Below are positions 20,197 through 32,598 of a stretch of 64,000 nt of DNA, one piece after another. Both the position numbers and the translations under genes were made by a program. This DNA comes from Myxococcota bacterium (GTDB lineage Bacteria; Myxococcota_A; Polyangia; Polyangiales; Sandaracinaceae): contig JAYZQJ010000268.1 of assembly GCA_036149055.1 (NCBI GenBank), forward strand, positions 10,904 through 74,903, given 5' to 3'. Each line of letters starts with the position of its first letter. Positions within the stretch are counted from its first letter, which is position 1. The notes under the pieces were generated by a model. That model saw nothing but the letters and a program-made list of their open reading frames with translations, did not search any database and was not told the DNA's origin.

Positions 20197-21573
<1,377 letters not shown>

Positions 21574-21602
21574 CGCTTCGCTCCTCACGTCTGCCCCGTG
21601 AC

Positions 21603-21618
21603 CGCAAGGTGCGTGCCG
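21603..21618 (-). promoter_or_regulatory. Sigma54 -24/-12 promoter for gdhA operon
   Basis: Minus strand CGGCACGCACCTTGCG, exact GG-N10-GC. Confidence 0.8.
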
Positions 21619-21739
21619 TGACGAAATGGAAGGCAACGGGGCGCATTTCCCCGTGAATCCTGCGCAGCGCGCTGGGGCATGATGCCACAGGGTGTCGCAA
21701 CGCACCGCGCCGGGGCCTGCCAGGCGCCGGCGTGGCCGG

Positions 21740-21755
21740 TGGCGCATCGGTTGCG
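21740..21755 (+). promoter_or_regulatory. Sigma54 -24/-12 promoter for the USP gene
   Basis: TGGCGCATCGGTTGCG, exact GG-N10-GC. Confidence 0.7.
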
Positions 21756-21768
21756 ACGTGTAGGACGC

Positions 21769-22446
21769 ATGACCACCCATGTAGACCCGCGACGGCCCCA
21801 CGTAATCCTCGTGGGGACCGACTTCACCGACGCGTCCAAGCTCGCGGTCAGGCAGGCCTGGCACCTGGCGACCCAGCGCACCGACGCGCAGCTCCACGTG
21901 GCCCACGTGGCCGACGACGACCGCGGGCTGCGCCGGAAGACGGACGCGCTGCTCCACCGGGACGCGCTGCTGCGCGAGCTGCCCGCCAAGGTGCGGAACC
22001 ACGCGATCCAGCAGGCGCAGGCCGCGAGCCTCGCGCCGCTGCATCAGGCGTTGGGCGTGCACGTGCGGCTGGGCGACCCCGTCGACGGGCTGCTGCAGCT
22101 CGCCGCCGACCTCGACGCGGCGATGCTCGTCGTCGGCAGCCACGCCAAGACCGGGCTCGACCGCTTCCTGGGCTCCGTGTCGAACGCGCTGGTGAAGGCC
22201 GGCAAGCTGCCGGTGCTCGTCAGCCGCCCCCGGGATCTCGAGGCCATGGCCAAGAGCGCGCAGCTCGAGCCGCCCTGCCCCGACTGCGTCGACACCCGGC
22301 ACGTCACGGCGGGCGCCGAGTGGTGGTGTGAGGTGCACGCCCGCCCGCACGTCCCGACCCACGTCTACTCGTCGACCCAGCGCGTCGACTTCGCCAAGCC
22401 GGCCGCCGACTTCGAGGGCGCGCTGCGCCCGGCTTCGAACGCCTGA
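21769..22446 (+). CDS. Universal stress protein with C-terminal CxxC...CxxH extension
   Basis: ILVGTDFTDAS, LVVGSHAKTGLDRFLGSVS, PVLV; CPDC...WWCEVH. Confidence 0.9.
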   Translation: MTTHVDPRRPHVILVGTDFTDASKLAVRQAWHLATQRTDAQLHVAHVADDDRGLRRKTDALLHRDALLRELPAKVRNHAIQQAQAASLAPLHQALGVHVRLGDPVDGLLQLAADLDAAMLVVGSHAKTGLDRFLGSVSNALVKAGKLPVLVSRPRDLEAMAKSAQLEPPCPDCVDTRHVTAGAEWWCEVHARPHVPTHVYSSTQRVDFAKPAADFEGALRPASNA

Positions 22447-22460
22447 GCCGGCGGCGCCGA

Positions 22461-24536
22461 TCAGCGCCGCGCGCCCAGGGCGTCGAGCGACTCCCAGTCG
22501 CCCGCCGGGTCCGTCGCGGCGACCAGAGACACGCGCAGGCACGCTCGCGAGGGCCCCACGAGCACGTGGGCTCCGTCCACCGCGCCGTGGGCCACGCGCT
22601 CGGCGTGCAGGCGCTTGAGGGCCTGCCGCACCTGCGCGATCGCGCGATCCCGGGAGCCTCGGCCGAGCTCGCCGAGTGGCCGACCGCTCGGGTGCTCGAG
22701 GACGACGAGCCCGCGCTCGTCGTCGATGGCGTAGATGGCCTGCAGGAAAGGCCCGTCGGCGCGAGCGAAGGCGCGGAGGCGCTCCCGGGTCTCCGCGTCG
22801 GCGTCGAGCAGCTCCACCCGCCGGTCGAGCAGCTCGTCCTTCGCGAGCCGCGTCCCCGCCGGCCCGTCGCCGAGCACCCGGTAGCGATCGGTCTCGTGCA
22901 TGGGAGCCGGCGGCTCGGTGGTCACGCGCGGCGCCGCGCTCGTCTCCGGCGGCAGCTCGACGTCGCCCCACGGCAGGTCGCGCATCCGATCGAGCACCTC
23001 TCCCGCCGAGTCGGGCCGATCCCGCGTCTCCTTCTGCAGGAGCGTGGCGATGAGGTCGTCGAAGGCGTCGCCGAGCCACGGCGCGACCTCGCTCGGCGCG
23101 GGCGGGGTCATCTCGAGGTGCTGGCTCACGAAGTCCGGGCCGGGGAACGGCAGGCGGCCGGTGAGGCAGCGGAAGAGGATGACCCCGAAGGCGTAGAGAT
23201 CGGTCGACGCGTCGGGACGGCGGCTGCCCGTGATCTGCTCGGGCGACATGTAGGCCAGCGTGCCCATGAGCGCGCCGGTGAGGGTGGCGCCGAGGTCGGT
23301 GAGGTGGGCGACGCCGAAGTCGCCGAGCTTCACGTCGCCGCCCTCCGCGAAGAACACGTTCGCGGGCTTGATGTCGCGGTGCACCACCCCGCGGCGATGC
23401 ACCGCCTCGAGCGCCGCGAGGACGGCGCGCCCCATCAGCGCGGTCTGCGGCGGCGAGTACGCCCGCGGCGCCTCGTCGGGCCCGATCAGCCGGTCGGCCA
23501 GGGTCCCGCCCGCCATGTGCTCCATGACCAGGAAGGGGCCGTCCGGGTTGAACTCGAAGACCTTCACGACGTTCGGGTGCGAGATGCCGGCGGCCACCCG
23601 GGCCTCGCGGGCGAAGCGCACGAAGGCGTCGCGCCCCGCCGCTCCGCCCCCGACGTTGAGCACCTTCACGGCGACCTCGCGATCGTGGAAGGCGTCGTGC
23701 GCGAGCAGCACCCGGCCGGTGGCGCCGGCGCCGAGGGGCCGCAGCACCCGGTAGCGCCCCGCCAGCAGGCGGTCGCCCTGCTCCTTGCCGACGAGCGCGG
23801 CCACGCCCCGGCGGTCGCCGAACTCGCGCTCGAGGAACTCCGGCACCGTGACCGGGAGATCCGGCTCGAGCTCTCGCTGGAGCACACGGAGCGCGTCGAG
23901 CCGGCTGCCCGCCGCCTCGTCGAGCCCCATCGCGGCGAAGCAGGCGATCATCAAGCGCAGCGCCGGGCGCTCGTGGGTGGGATCTTCGCTCGCGCTCTGA
24001 AGCGCGCGGACGGCGTGATCCCAGCGGCCGAACTGCGCGAGGATCCGCCCGAGCGCGAGCGCGGTCTCGGCGTCCTCGGGATCCTCGCGGAGGCGACGCT
24101 CGTAGAGCATGCCGGCCTGTCGCGGCTGACCGAGCGCGAGGCGGCAGCGGGCGGCGTCCCGGTATTCGCTCGCCTGCTCGTAGAGCGACGCCGCCGCCTC
24201 CGCCTCGCCCGCCGCCTCCCGCAGCCGCGCCGCGTCGAGCACCAGCCCCTTCGACTCCGCGTGCACCGCGGCCCGCACCGCCTGCTCCGGGTGGTCCTCG
24301 AGCAGGTGCAACAGCCGGCCGCAGGCGTCGCGATCCTGCGCCGACAGCGCGTGGCGATAGGCCTGCGCGAGCAGCCCGCTCTGCTCCGCGATGGCGATGG
24401 CCTCGTCCCACTTCCAGACGGCCGCGTAGAGCTCCGCCGCGCGCCCCGGCTCCCCGTGGGCCACGAGCAGGTCCGCCGCCTCCTGGTGCCGCCCGTCCTT
24501 CACCAGGCGCTCGATCCGGCTCTCCAGGTCCTGCAT
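22461..24536 (-). CDS. TPR-containing Hanks-type Ser/Thr protein kinase
   Basis: LGAGATGRV, VAVK, HRDIKPAN, DFG, YMSPE, DLYAFG; N-terminal helical repeats; degenerate kinase-like C-terminus. Confidence 0.92.
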   Translation of the reverse strand: MQDLESRIERLVKDGRHQEAADLLVAHGEPGRAAELYAAVWKWDEAIAIAEQSGLLAQAYRHALSAQDRDACGRLLHLLEDHPEQAVRAAVHAESKGLVLDAARLREAAGEAEAAASLYEQASEYRDAARCRLALGQPRQAGMLYERRLREDPEDAETALALGRILAQFGRWDHAVRALQSASEDPTHERPALRLMIACFAAMGLDEAAGSRLDALRVLQRELEPDLPVTVPEFLEREFGDRRGVAALVGKEQGDRLLAGRYRVLRPLGAGATGRVLLAHDAFHDREVAVKVLNVGGGAAGRDAFVRFAREARVAAGISHPNVVKVFEFNPDGPFLVMEHMAGGTLADRLIGPDEAPRAYSPPQTALMGRAVLAALEAVHRRGVVHRDIKPANVFFAEGGDVKLGDFGVAHLTDLGATLTGALMGTLAYMSPEQITGSRRPDASTDLYAFGVILFRCLTGRLPFPGPDFVSQHLEMTPPAPSEVAPWLGDAFDDLIATLLQKETRDRPDSAGEVLDRMRDLPWGDVELPPETSAAPRVTTEPPAPMHETDRYRVLGDGPAGTRLAKDELLDRRVELLDADAETRERLRAFARADGPFLQAIYAIDDERGLVVLEHPSGRPLGELGRGSRDRAIAQVRQALKRLHAERVAHGAVDGAHVLVGPSRACLRVSLVAATDPAGDWESLDALGARR

Positions 24537-24581
24537 TCGGCCGAGAGCCTACCGCGATCCGAGCCACCGTTCTGGAACACC

Positions 24582-24752
24582 GGGACGGAGTTTCCTTGTT
24601 TCCGAGCGCCTCTCACGTGCTCGAACCGGCCCGCGCAGGGCCCGTCCAGGCCCTCCGAGGCGCCCGGGACCGGTGTGGGCCCCCTCCGGGCGGCCCCTCG
24701 AGGGCGAGTCGGGAACTGAGCACGCGATTGGGCAACAAGGAAACTCCGTCCC
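24582..24752. mobile_element. Non-coding element bounded by perfect 19-bp inverted repeats (REPIN/MITE-like)
   Basis: GGGACGGAGTTTCCTTGTT (24582-24600) and AACAAGGAAACTCCGTCCC (24734-24752); inner partial IR CGTGCTC/GAGCACG. Confidence 0.65.
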
Positions 24753-24809
24753 CAGGTCCTGGGTTGGGGACCGGCGGCCGGGGGGCGGGGTTCGGGTAGA
24801 CTGCGCGGC

Positions 24810-26177
24810 GTGAGCCGCTTCCCTGGACCGCGCGGGCGCTTCGGCGTGCGCAACCTCGTGCGCTTCGTGCGCGATCAGCTCGGCTTCCTCCGCGAGATGA
24901 CCGATCGCCACGGCGACGTCGTCGAGATGCGCATGCTCGGGCGGCCGTGGATCCTCGTCAATCACCCTGACGACGTCGAGCGGGTGCTGGTGAAGGAGCA
25001 CGCGAAGCTGGAGCGCGACGAGTACGCGTCGGTCCTCGAGCGGGCCCTCGGCAAGGGGCTGCTCACCTCGGACGGCGAGCTGTGGAAGCGGCAGCGACGG
25101 CTCGCGGCCCGCGCGTTCACGCCCAAGCGGATCCGCGGCTACGGCGACCGCATGGTCGAGGTGACCGCCGCCAGCCTCGAGCGCTGGCGCGACGGCGAGG
25201 TGATCGATCTGCACGCCGAGATGAGCCGCGTGACCATGGAGGTGGTGGCCGACGCGCTCTTCGGGGTTGGCGTGAGCCCGCGCGACGTGGACACGGTCCG
25301 CGACTCCATGGAGGAGATCAACGCGTTCTTCGCCAACAGCCCCGAGGCGCTGATGCGACTGCCTCCCCGGGTGCCGACGCCTCGCAACCGCCGGATGAGC
25401 GCGGCCATCGCCGCGATCGACGCGCTGCTCTTCCGGATCATCGAGGAGCGGCGGCGCGATCCCGAGGAGCGAGACGATCTGCTCGGCGCGCTCCTCGCGG
25501 CCCGCGACGACGACGGCAGCGCGATGGACGACGCGCAGCTGCGGGACGAGTGCGTGACCCTCTTCCTGGCCGGGCACGAGACCACCGCGCTCGCGCTCGC
25601 GCACGTCTTCTTCCTGCTCAGCAAGCACCCCGCGGTCGGGCGCCGGATGCAGGCCGAGATCGACGGCGCCCTCGGCGGCCGCCGCGCGCGGAGCGACGAC
25701 GCCAAGGCGCTGCCTTACACCCGCCAGGTGATCGAGGAGGCGATGCGCCTCTACCCGCCCGCCTGGATCACGGGCCGCGCGGTCGCCGAGCCGATCACGC
25801 TGCGGGGGCGCGAGATCCCGGTGGGCGCGCAGCTGGTGGTGAGCCAGTGGATCGTGCACCGCGATCCGCGCTGGTGGGACGACCCCGAAGGGTTCGACCC
25901 GGACCGCTTCGCGCCCGGCGCCGCCAAGGAGCGCCCGCGCTTCGCCTACTTCCCGTTCGGCGGCGGCCCCCGCGTCTGCATCGGCAACCACTTCGCGATG
26001 CTCGAGGCGATCCTGCTGACCGCCACCATCGCGCAGCGCTACCGCCTCGACCTGGTGCCGGGCGAGCGCCTCGAATTCGACCCGTCGGTCACCCTGCGCC
26101 CGGTCCGGCACGTCCGCACTCGGCTCGTCGCCCGGGCACCGCTGGAGCGACCGGGCGACCGCGAGGCTGCGGAGTGA
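24810..26177 (+). CDS. Cytochrome P450
   Basis: AGHETT, EAMR (ExxR), PDRF, FGGGPRVCIG. Confidence 0.96.
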   Translation: MSRFPGPRGRFGVRNLVRFVRDQLGFLREMTDRHGDVVEMRMLGRPWILVNHPDDVERVLVKEHAKLERDEYASVLERALGKGLLTSDGELWKRQRRLAARAFTPKRIRGYGDRMVEVTAASLERWRDGEVIDLHAEMSRVTMEVVADALFGVGVSPRDVDTVRDSMEEINAFFANSPEALMRLPPRVPTPRNRRMSAAIAAIDALLFRIIEERRRDPEERDDLLGALLAARDDDGSAMDDAQLRDECVTLFLAGHETTALALAHVFFLLSKHPAVGRRMQAEIDGALGGRRARSDDAKALPYTRQVIEEAMRLYPPAWITGRAVAEPITLRGREIPVGAQLVVSQWIVHRDPRWWDDPEGFDPDRFAPGAAKERPRFAYFPFGGGPRVCIGNHFAMLEAILLTATIAQRYRLDLVPGERLEFDPSVTLRPVRHVRTRLVARAPLERPGDREAAE

Positions 26178-26238
26178 CTATCGCCAGAATAGCAAAAGGC
26201 TATTGGTCTCAGCCAAAGCAGCCTCTCAGGCTATGGTC

Positions 26239-26892
26239 ATGCGCACCCTCCTGCTCTCGCTTCTCCTGCTGACCGCGTGCTCCACCTCCCACGGGGGCGC
26301 GCTCGACGCGGCGTCCACGACCGACGCCGCGCTGCCCTCGGACGCCGGACCGCCCCCGACTCCGACGCGCTGTGAGACGACCTGCGACGCGCGCCGCACC
26401 GACATCGGCGGCTGCCCCGTCGAGGACTGCCAGGCGCGCTGCGCCGAGACCACGGACCGCTCGTTCGACGCGTTCGCGACCTGCGTGATCAGCGATCCCC
26501 TCTGCTTCCAGACCCTCGACGACTGCGTGCACGGCGCGCTCTACCCGGCGCCGGTGCCGACCCCGGTCACGTTCCGCGGGTCCGACCTCCTCGCGCACGA
26601 GGGTCGGACGGTGCACCTGCTCTTCCGCGCGGACTTCGCCATCGAGCGCGCGACCGCCGAGATCCGCGACGGCGCCTTCGAGGTCACCCTCACCCCCGAG
26701 GTCCCGGGCTACGGGGTCATCACGGCGCTCGCCTACGTCGACGTCGACGGCGACGAGGTCTGCACGGCCGGCGTCGACCGCACCGCGTACCTGATGCCCG
26801 AGCGCAGCGGCACCTTCGACGCCCCCGCCTGGACGGTCACGCTCCGCGGCCCGGTCGAGGCCTCCGTCGAGGGCCACTGCGGCGAGCTCTGA
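26239..26892 (+). CDS. Hypothetical Cys-rich lipoprotein
   Basis: MRTLLLSLLLLTAC lipobox. Confidence 0.75.
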   Translation: MRTLLLSLLLLTACSTSHGGALDAASTTDAALPSDAGPPPTPTRCETTCDARRTDIGGCPVEDCQARCAETTDRSFDAFATCVISDPLCFQTLDDCVHGALYPAPVPTPVTFRGSDLLAHEGRTVHLLFRADFAIERATAEIRDGAFEVTLTPEVPGYGVITALAYVDVDGDEVCTAGVDRTAYLMPERSGTFDAPAWTVTLRGPVEASVEGHCGEL

Positions 26893-26918
26893 GCCAGGCA
26901 CCGCCCCGCCGAGCGGAC

Positions 26919-27491
26919 TCAACTCTGCCCGAGCATGGAGCGGGCCACGTCGAGGAGGACCTCCGCGAGGCGCTCCCCGCGGACCTCGACCACGTCGTCG
27001 AGCAGATAGGCGCCTTCGATCGCGGTGAGCAGCACGGTCACCACCTCGGCGAGCCTCTCGCGTGGCACGTCGGCGGTCTCGTGGGCGAGCCGCTCGATGC
27101 CGGCCTCGAGGATCGCCCGGTAGCGCTCCCGCAGCCGCGCGCGGACCCCCGGCTCGGTCCGGGCGAGCGCGAAGAGCTCTCGAAAGACGGGGGCCGCCGC
27201 GAGGACCTCCTCGTCGCAGAGGCTGACCCGCAGCGTCGCCTCGAGCGACGGCTCCCCCGCGCGCGCCTGGGCGCGCTCCATCGCCTCGTCGCACGCCGCG
27301 AAGTGATGGTCGACCAGCCCCACGAGCAGCGCCTCGCGTGACGGGTAGTGGTACTGGACGTTGCTCAGCGCCAGCCCCGCCCGCGTCGCGACCTGCCGCA
27401 TGGTGAGCCCCGCCGCCCCCCGCTCGCGGAGCACCTCCAGGGCCGCGCCCGCGATCCGGGCCGGCGTGCTCTGCGCGGAGGGACGAGTCAT
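26919..27491 (-). CDS. TetR family regulator
   Basis: LTMRQVATRAGLALSNVQYHYPSREALL. Confidence 0.93.
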   Translation of the reverse strand: MTRPSAQSTPARIAGAALEVLRERGAAGLTMRQVATRAGLALSNVQYHYPSREALLVGLVDHHFAACDEAMERAQARAGEPSLEATLRVSLCDEEVLAAAPVFRELFALARTEPGVRARLRERYRAILEAGIERLAHETADVPRERLAEVVTVLLTAIEGAYLLDDVVEVRGERLAEVLLDVARSMLGQS

Positions 27492-27501
27492 CGCTTGACG
27501 C

Positions 27502-27544
27502 CTTAGGTCACACGACCTAAGCCAGCAATAGGTCACGTGACCTA
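27502..27544. promoter_or_regulatory. Two tandem TetR operators
   Basis: CTTAGGTC-ACAC-GACCTAAG (27502-27521) and perfect TAGGTCACGTGACCTA (27529-27544) between divergent tetR and MDR genes. Confidence 0.85.
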
Positions 27545-27568
27545 CTCGAATCCAGCAAGGAACCAACG

Positions 27569-28522
27569 ATGACCGCAACGATGCGTGGGCTCGTCCTCGA
27601 CTCCTCCCGCGGGTGGGCTCCCACCCTCCGCACCGATCTCGCGCGGCCCACCACGGGCCCCGGCGAGGTCCTCGTCCGCGTCACCCACGCGGGCGTCTTC
27701 GGGCACGACTTCGAGCTGGCGAAGCGCTGGCTCGGGCGCCTGCTGGGTCGCGTCCAGGGCGCACGCGGCGAGGTGCGCACCGGGCTCGACTTCGCGGGCG
27801 TGGTGCAGACCGGGGGCGAGCGCTTCCGGGAGGGCGCGCGGGTCATGGGCTACGTCGACATGGTCTCGGGCTACAAGCCGCACGCCGACTACCTCGCGAT
27901 CCCCGAGGCCTATCTCACGCACGCCCCCGAGGGCGTCGACCCGGCCCACGCGGCCGCCCTCCCGATGAGCGCCCAGACCGCGCTGGTGGCGCTCCGCGAG
28001 ATCGCCGCCGTCGGCCCGGGGCAGCGCGTGCTCGTGCTCGGCGCGTCGGGCGGAGTCGGGGTGATGGCGGTTCAGATCGCGCGTCTCCTCGGCGCCGGGG
28101 TGACCGCGGTGGCCTCGCCGCCGCATCACGCGCTGCTCACCGAGCTCGGCGCGGAGGAGTGCGTCGACTATCGGACCACCCGGCTCGAGGCGATGCAGGG
28201 CCCCTACGACGCGGTGCTCGACTTCTCGGCGACCGCGCGCCTATCCCAGGTCCGCCACCTCCTCGGTCCCGCCGGCGTCTTCATCCCCGCAGACCCCATG
28301 CGGAACCTCTCCGACATCGTCTGCTCCCGCCGCGCGAAGTGGCTGATGGTCGACCGGGGCGACGCCGCGCTCCTCGACCAGATCGCCGCCTGGGCCGCGC
28401 GCGGCGAGCTCCGCCCGATCGTGAGCGAGGTCTTCGACCTCTCGGAGTGGCCGCGCGCCGTCGCACGCAGCCACGAGCGCGGGACCGCGGGCCGGCTCGT
28501 GCTCCGCCTCGGCGAGGGGTGA
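27569..28522 (+). CDS. NAD(P)-dependent MDR-family dehydrogenase/reductase
   Basis: GLDFAGVV, GASGGVG, VDY. Confidence 0.9.
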   Translation: MTATMRGLVLDSSRGWAPTLRTDLARPTTGPGEVLVRVTHAGVFGHDFELAKRWLGRLLGRVQGARGEVRTGLDFAGVVQTGGERFREGARVMGYVDMVSGYKPHADYLAIPEAYLTHAPEGVDPAHAAALPMSAQTALVALREIAAVGPGQRVLVLGASGGVGVMAVQIARLLGAGVTAVASPPHHALLTELGAEECVDYRTTRLEAMQGPYDAVLDFSATARLSQVRHLLGPAGVFIPADPMRNLSDIVCSRRAKWLMVDRGDAALLDQIAAWAARGELRPIVSEVFDLSEWPRAVARSHERGTAGRLVLRLGEG

Positions 28523-28532
28523 AGAAACCGCG

Positions 28533-29236
28533 TCAGCCTCCGCAGCTGCCTCCGGTGCACTCGAACGTCAGGTCGCAGACGGGCCCGTCGCCGCAGCGAC
28601 ACTCCCCGGCGACGCAGGAGTCGGCGGAGGGTGTGCAGCGGGTGCCGCAGAGGCCGCAGTTGTCGAAGTCGGTCTGGACGTCGACGCAGCCCGAGGCGCA
28701 GCAGGTCTGACCTTCGGCGCAGGGGCCGGTGCCGGGCGCGGTCGAGCAGTCGCACCGACCGGCCTCGTCGCAGACGTCGGCGCGCGAGGGATCGATCCCG
28801 TCGCAGCCGGCGCAGCATTCGGCGGACTCGTCGATCCGGCCGTTGCAGTCGTTGTCGCGGCCGTCGCACAGCTCGGGCGCGCCGGGCACGCTCCCGCCGA
28901 AGGGCGGGCGCACGTCGGCGCGGGTGTCGTCGCAGTCGCAGGTGGTGAGGTCGTCGCCCTCGCGGCAGGCCTCCACTCCGTCACCGTCGTTGTCACCGCA
29001 GGACTGGTCGCGGCCGTCACAGTTCTGGTCCATGCGGTCGCCGCAGATCTCGATCTGCAGCGCGCACCCCGCGTCGCCGCCCGGCGGCGGGCTGCCGTCG
29101 GGCCCCGGGGGCGGCGAGCCGTCCGGGCCCGGCGTGGTCGAGCCGTCCATGCCGGGCGTCACCGCGCCGTCCGCCGGATCCTCGCCGCCGTCGCAGCCGA
29201 CGGCGAGGAGCGCGATCGCGAGCGTGAGCCGCGCGA

Positions 29237-29240
<4 letters not shown>
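28533..29240 (-). CDS. Cys-rich lipoprotein with MopE-like putative metal-binding repeats
   Basis: Lipobox AVGC; PGPDGSPP repeats; EICGDRMDQNCDG, PGAPELCDGRDNDCNGRIDE; CVDVQTDFDNCGLCG. Confidence 0.8.
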
Positions 29241-30859
<1,619 letters not shown>

Positions 30860-30950
30860 TCGATCCTCCAAGAGAGCCAGAGTACCGATCGGAGCCGCTC
30901 GGAAGAAGACCGCCCGCGCTTTTCCTCCCCCCTTGACCGCGGGGCCTCGA

Positions 30951-31940
30951 ATGTCGGACACGACTCCGGTGCTCGACCTCGACCTCTACGAACGCATCCG
31001 CCTCCGTTCGAAGCCGCCGGTGCAGCGGCTGATCGCCGACTGGTACCTGCGCTTCGACTACCGAAAGCTCGACCTCCGGGTCGAGGGGCTCGAGCGCATC
31101 CCGCCGCGTCCGGTGGTCTACGCGATGAACCACACGGACAACTTCAACTACTGGCCCTTCCAGTACTACCTGCACCGCGAGCGCGAGCGCTACACCGCGA
31201 CCTGGGTGAAGGGGAAGAACTGGGAGGACGTGGCGACCGCGACGTTCATGCGGCTCACCAACAACATCCCGATCGCCTCCCGCGGCTACCTGATCACCCG
31301 CGACTTCATCGACGTGATGGGTCGGCGCCCCGAGCCGGAGGAATACCGGGCGCTGCGCAACGCGGTGGACGAGGACCGCCCGGTCGTCGGCCCGGTCCCC
31401 GACGCGGTCCTGGAGCGGCCCCGCGCCATGATGGGCCGGCCCTTCGATCCGAGCCGCGAGCGCTGGCCGAGCGCGCTCCGGGCGCTGCTCGCCGAGATGA
31501 ACCGGCGCTTCGTGCGGCTCAACGAGCAGGCCCACTGGATGGGCCTCGACATCCTCGTCTTCCCGCAGGGCACCCGCTCGGTGCGGCTCTCGCGCGGCCA
31601 CATCGGGCTGGCGGAGCTGGTGCTGCACCTCGGCGCGACCCTGGTGCCGGTCGGCTGCAGCGGCTGCGACCTCGTCTACCCGGGGCGCTCGATGCGCTCG
31701 AAGCCGGGCACCGTGACCTACCGGATCGGCGAGCCCATGTACCCGGACGACTTCGCGGACGTCGCCCCGCGGGAGCCCTTCGAGCCCTTCACCCCCGAGG
31801 CGGAGAACCGCCATCGGGAGGCCTTCCAGGAGGTCGTCGATCGGGTGATGGAGCGGATCGACGGGCTCGTCGACGAGCGGCACCGCTACACCGCCGACCT
31901 CGAGAGCGACGGCACCACCGGGACCGACCGCTTCGTGTAA
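30951..31940 (+). CDS. Lysophospholipid acyltransferase family protein
   Basis: NHTDNFN (variant of NHxxxxD), VFPQGTRS, LVPVG. Confidence 0.8.
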   Translation: MSDTTPVLDLDLYERIRLRSKPPVQRLIADWYLRFDYRKLDLRVEGLERIPPRPVVYAMNHTDNFNYWPFQYYLHRERERYTATWVKGKNWEDVATATFMRLTNNIPIASRGYLITRDFIDVMGRRPEPEEYRALRNAVDEDRPVVGPVPDAVLERPRAMMGRPFDPSRERWPSALRALLAEMNRRFVRLNEQAHWMGLDILVFPQGTRSVRLSRGHIGLAELVLHLGATLVPVGCSGCDLVYPGRSMRSKPGTVTYRIGEPMYPDDFADVAPREPFEPFTPEAENRHREAFQEVVDRVMERIDGLVDERHRYTADLESDGTTGTDRFV

Positions 31941-32032
31941 GGCCTATCGATGACCCAGGGCCGGGACGTTCACAGACCTACGAAGAAGACGTAGACCTCT
32001 GGGTCGGGGAGGCGCCACGGAGAGGCGCGAAC

Positions 32033-32410
32033 ATGGAACGACCCACCGCCGAAGCGATCCTGGCCGAGATGGCGCTGAGCTCCATCGAGGACCACCCCCT
32101 CGAGCACGCGTGCCTGCGCGTGCGGGCCGAAGACGTGATGCGCATCCTCCAGCGCTGGCAGCAGTCCGGCTGGTGGGAGACCGACGGGCTCGGCTTCCTC
32201 ACCCTCGGTCAGCCGACCACCCGAGGTCTGCCGCACCTCCGGGCGCTGGTCGCCGGCCAGCCGGTAGCCGAGGAGCCCGCGGGCGAGATCGTGATCGACG
32301 TCGAGGACGACGATCCGCGGGAGGCGCGGCGGAGCGAGAGCGGGACCCGCCTGCGCGCGGTCCGCGAGGACGCCCTCGAGCTCGAGCTGGACGACTTCGA
32401 GGTCGGCTGA
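32033..32410 (+). CDS. Hypothetical protein
   Basis: GGAGAGG upstream of ATG; GC3-biased 125-aa ORF. Confidence 0.6.
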   Translation: MERPTAEAILAEMALSSIEDHPLEHACLRVRAEDVMRILQRWQQSGWWETDGLGFLTLGQPTTRGLPHLRALVAGQPVAEEPAGEIVIDVEDDDPREARRSESGTRLRAVREDALELELDDFEVG

Positions 32411-32598
32411 GCTTCTTGGAGGGTTTGGTGCAAACCCTCCCCCCATTGGGCAAAGCGCCAATGGGGCCCCCCTCCCGACTCCGTCGGGGTCTCGCGCGCG
32501 TCGCGCGCTGGCCCCGCGACCCCAGCGGCGGGGCGCTGGGGGCCCTGCGGCTCGCGCTCGCGCTGCGCGCTCGCTGGCCGCCCGCTGCCGCGGGATCG
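32408..32598 (+). repeat. Multi-hairpin dispersed repeat, copy 1
   Basis: Near-identical to 63811-63997 except a middle hairpin; begins at the TGA of the upstream gene. Confidence 0.9.

Noticed and set aside
26188..26204. AATAGC-N5-GCTATT palindrome after the P450 gene
   Set aside because: Single 6-bp arm pair; cannot distinguish operator, weak terminator or chance
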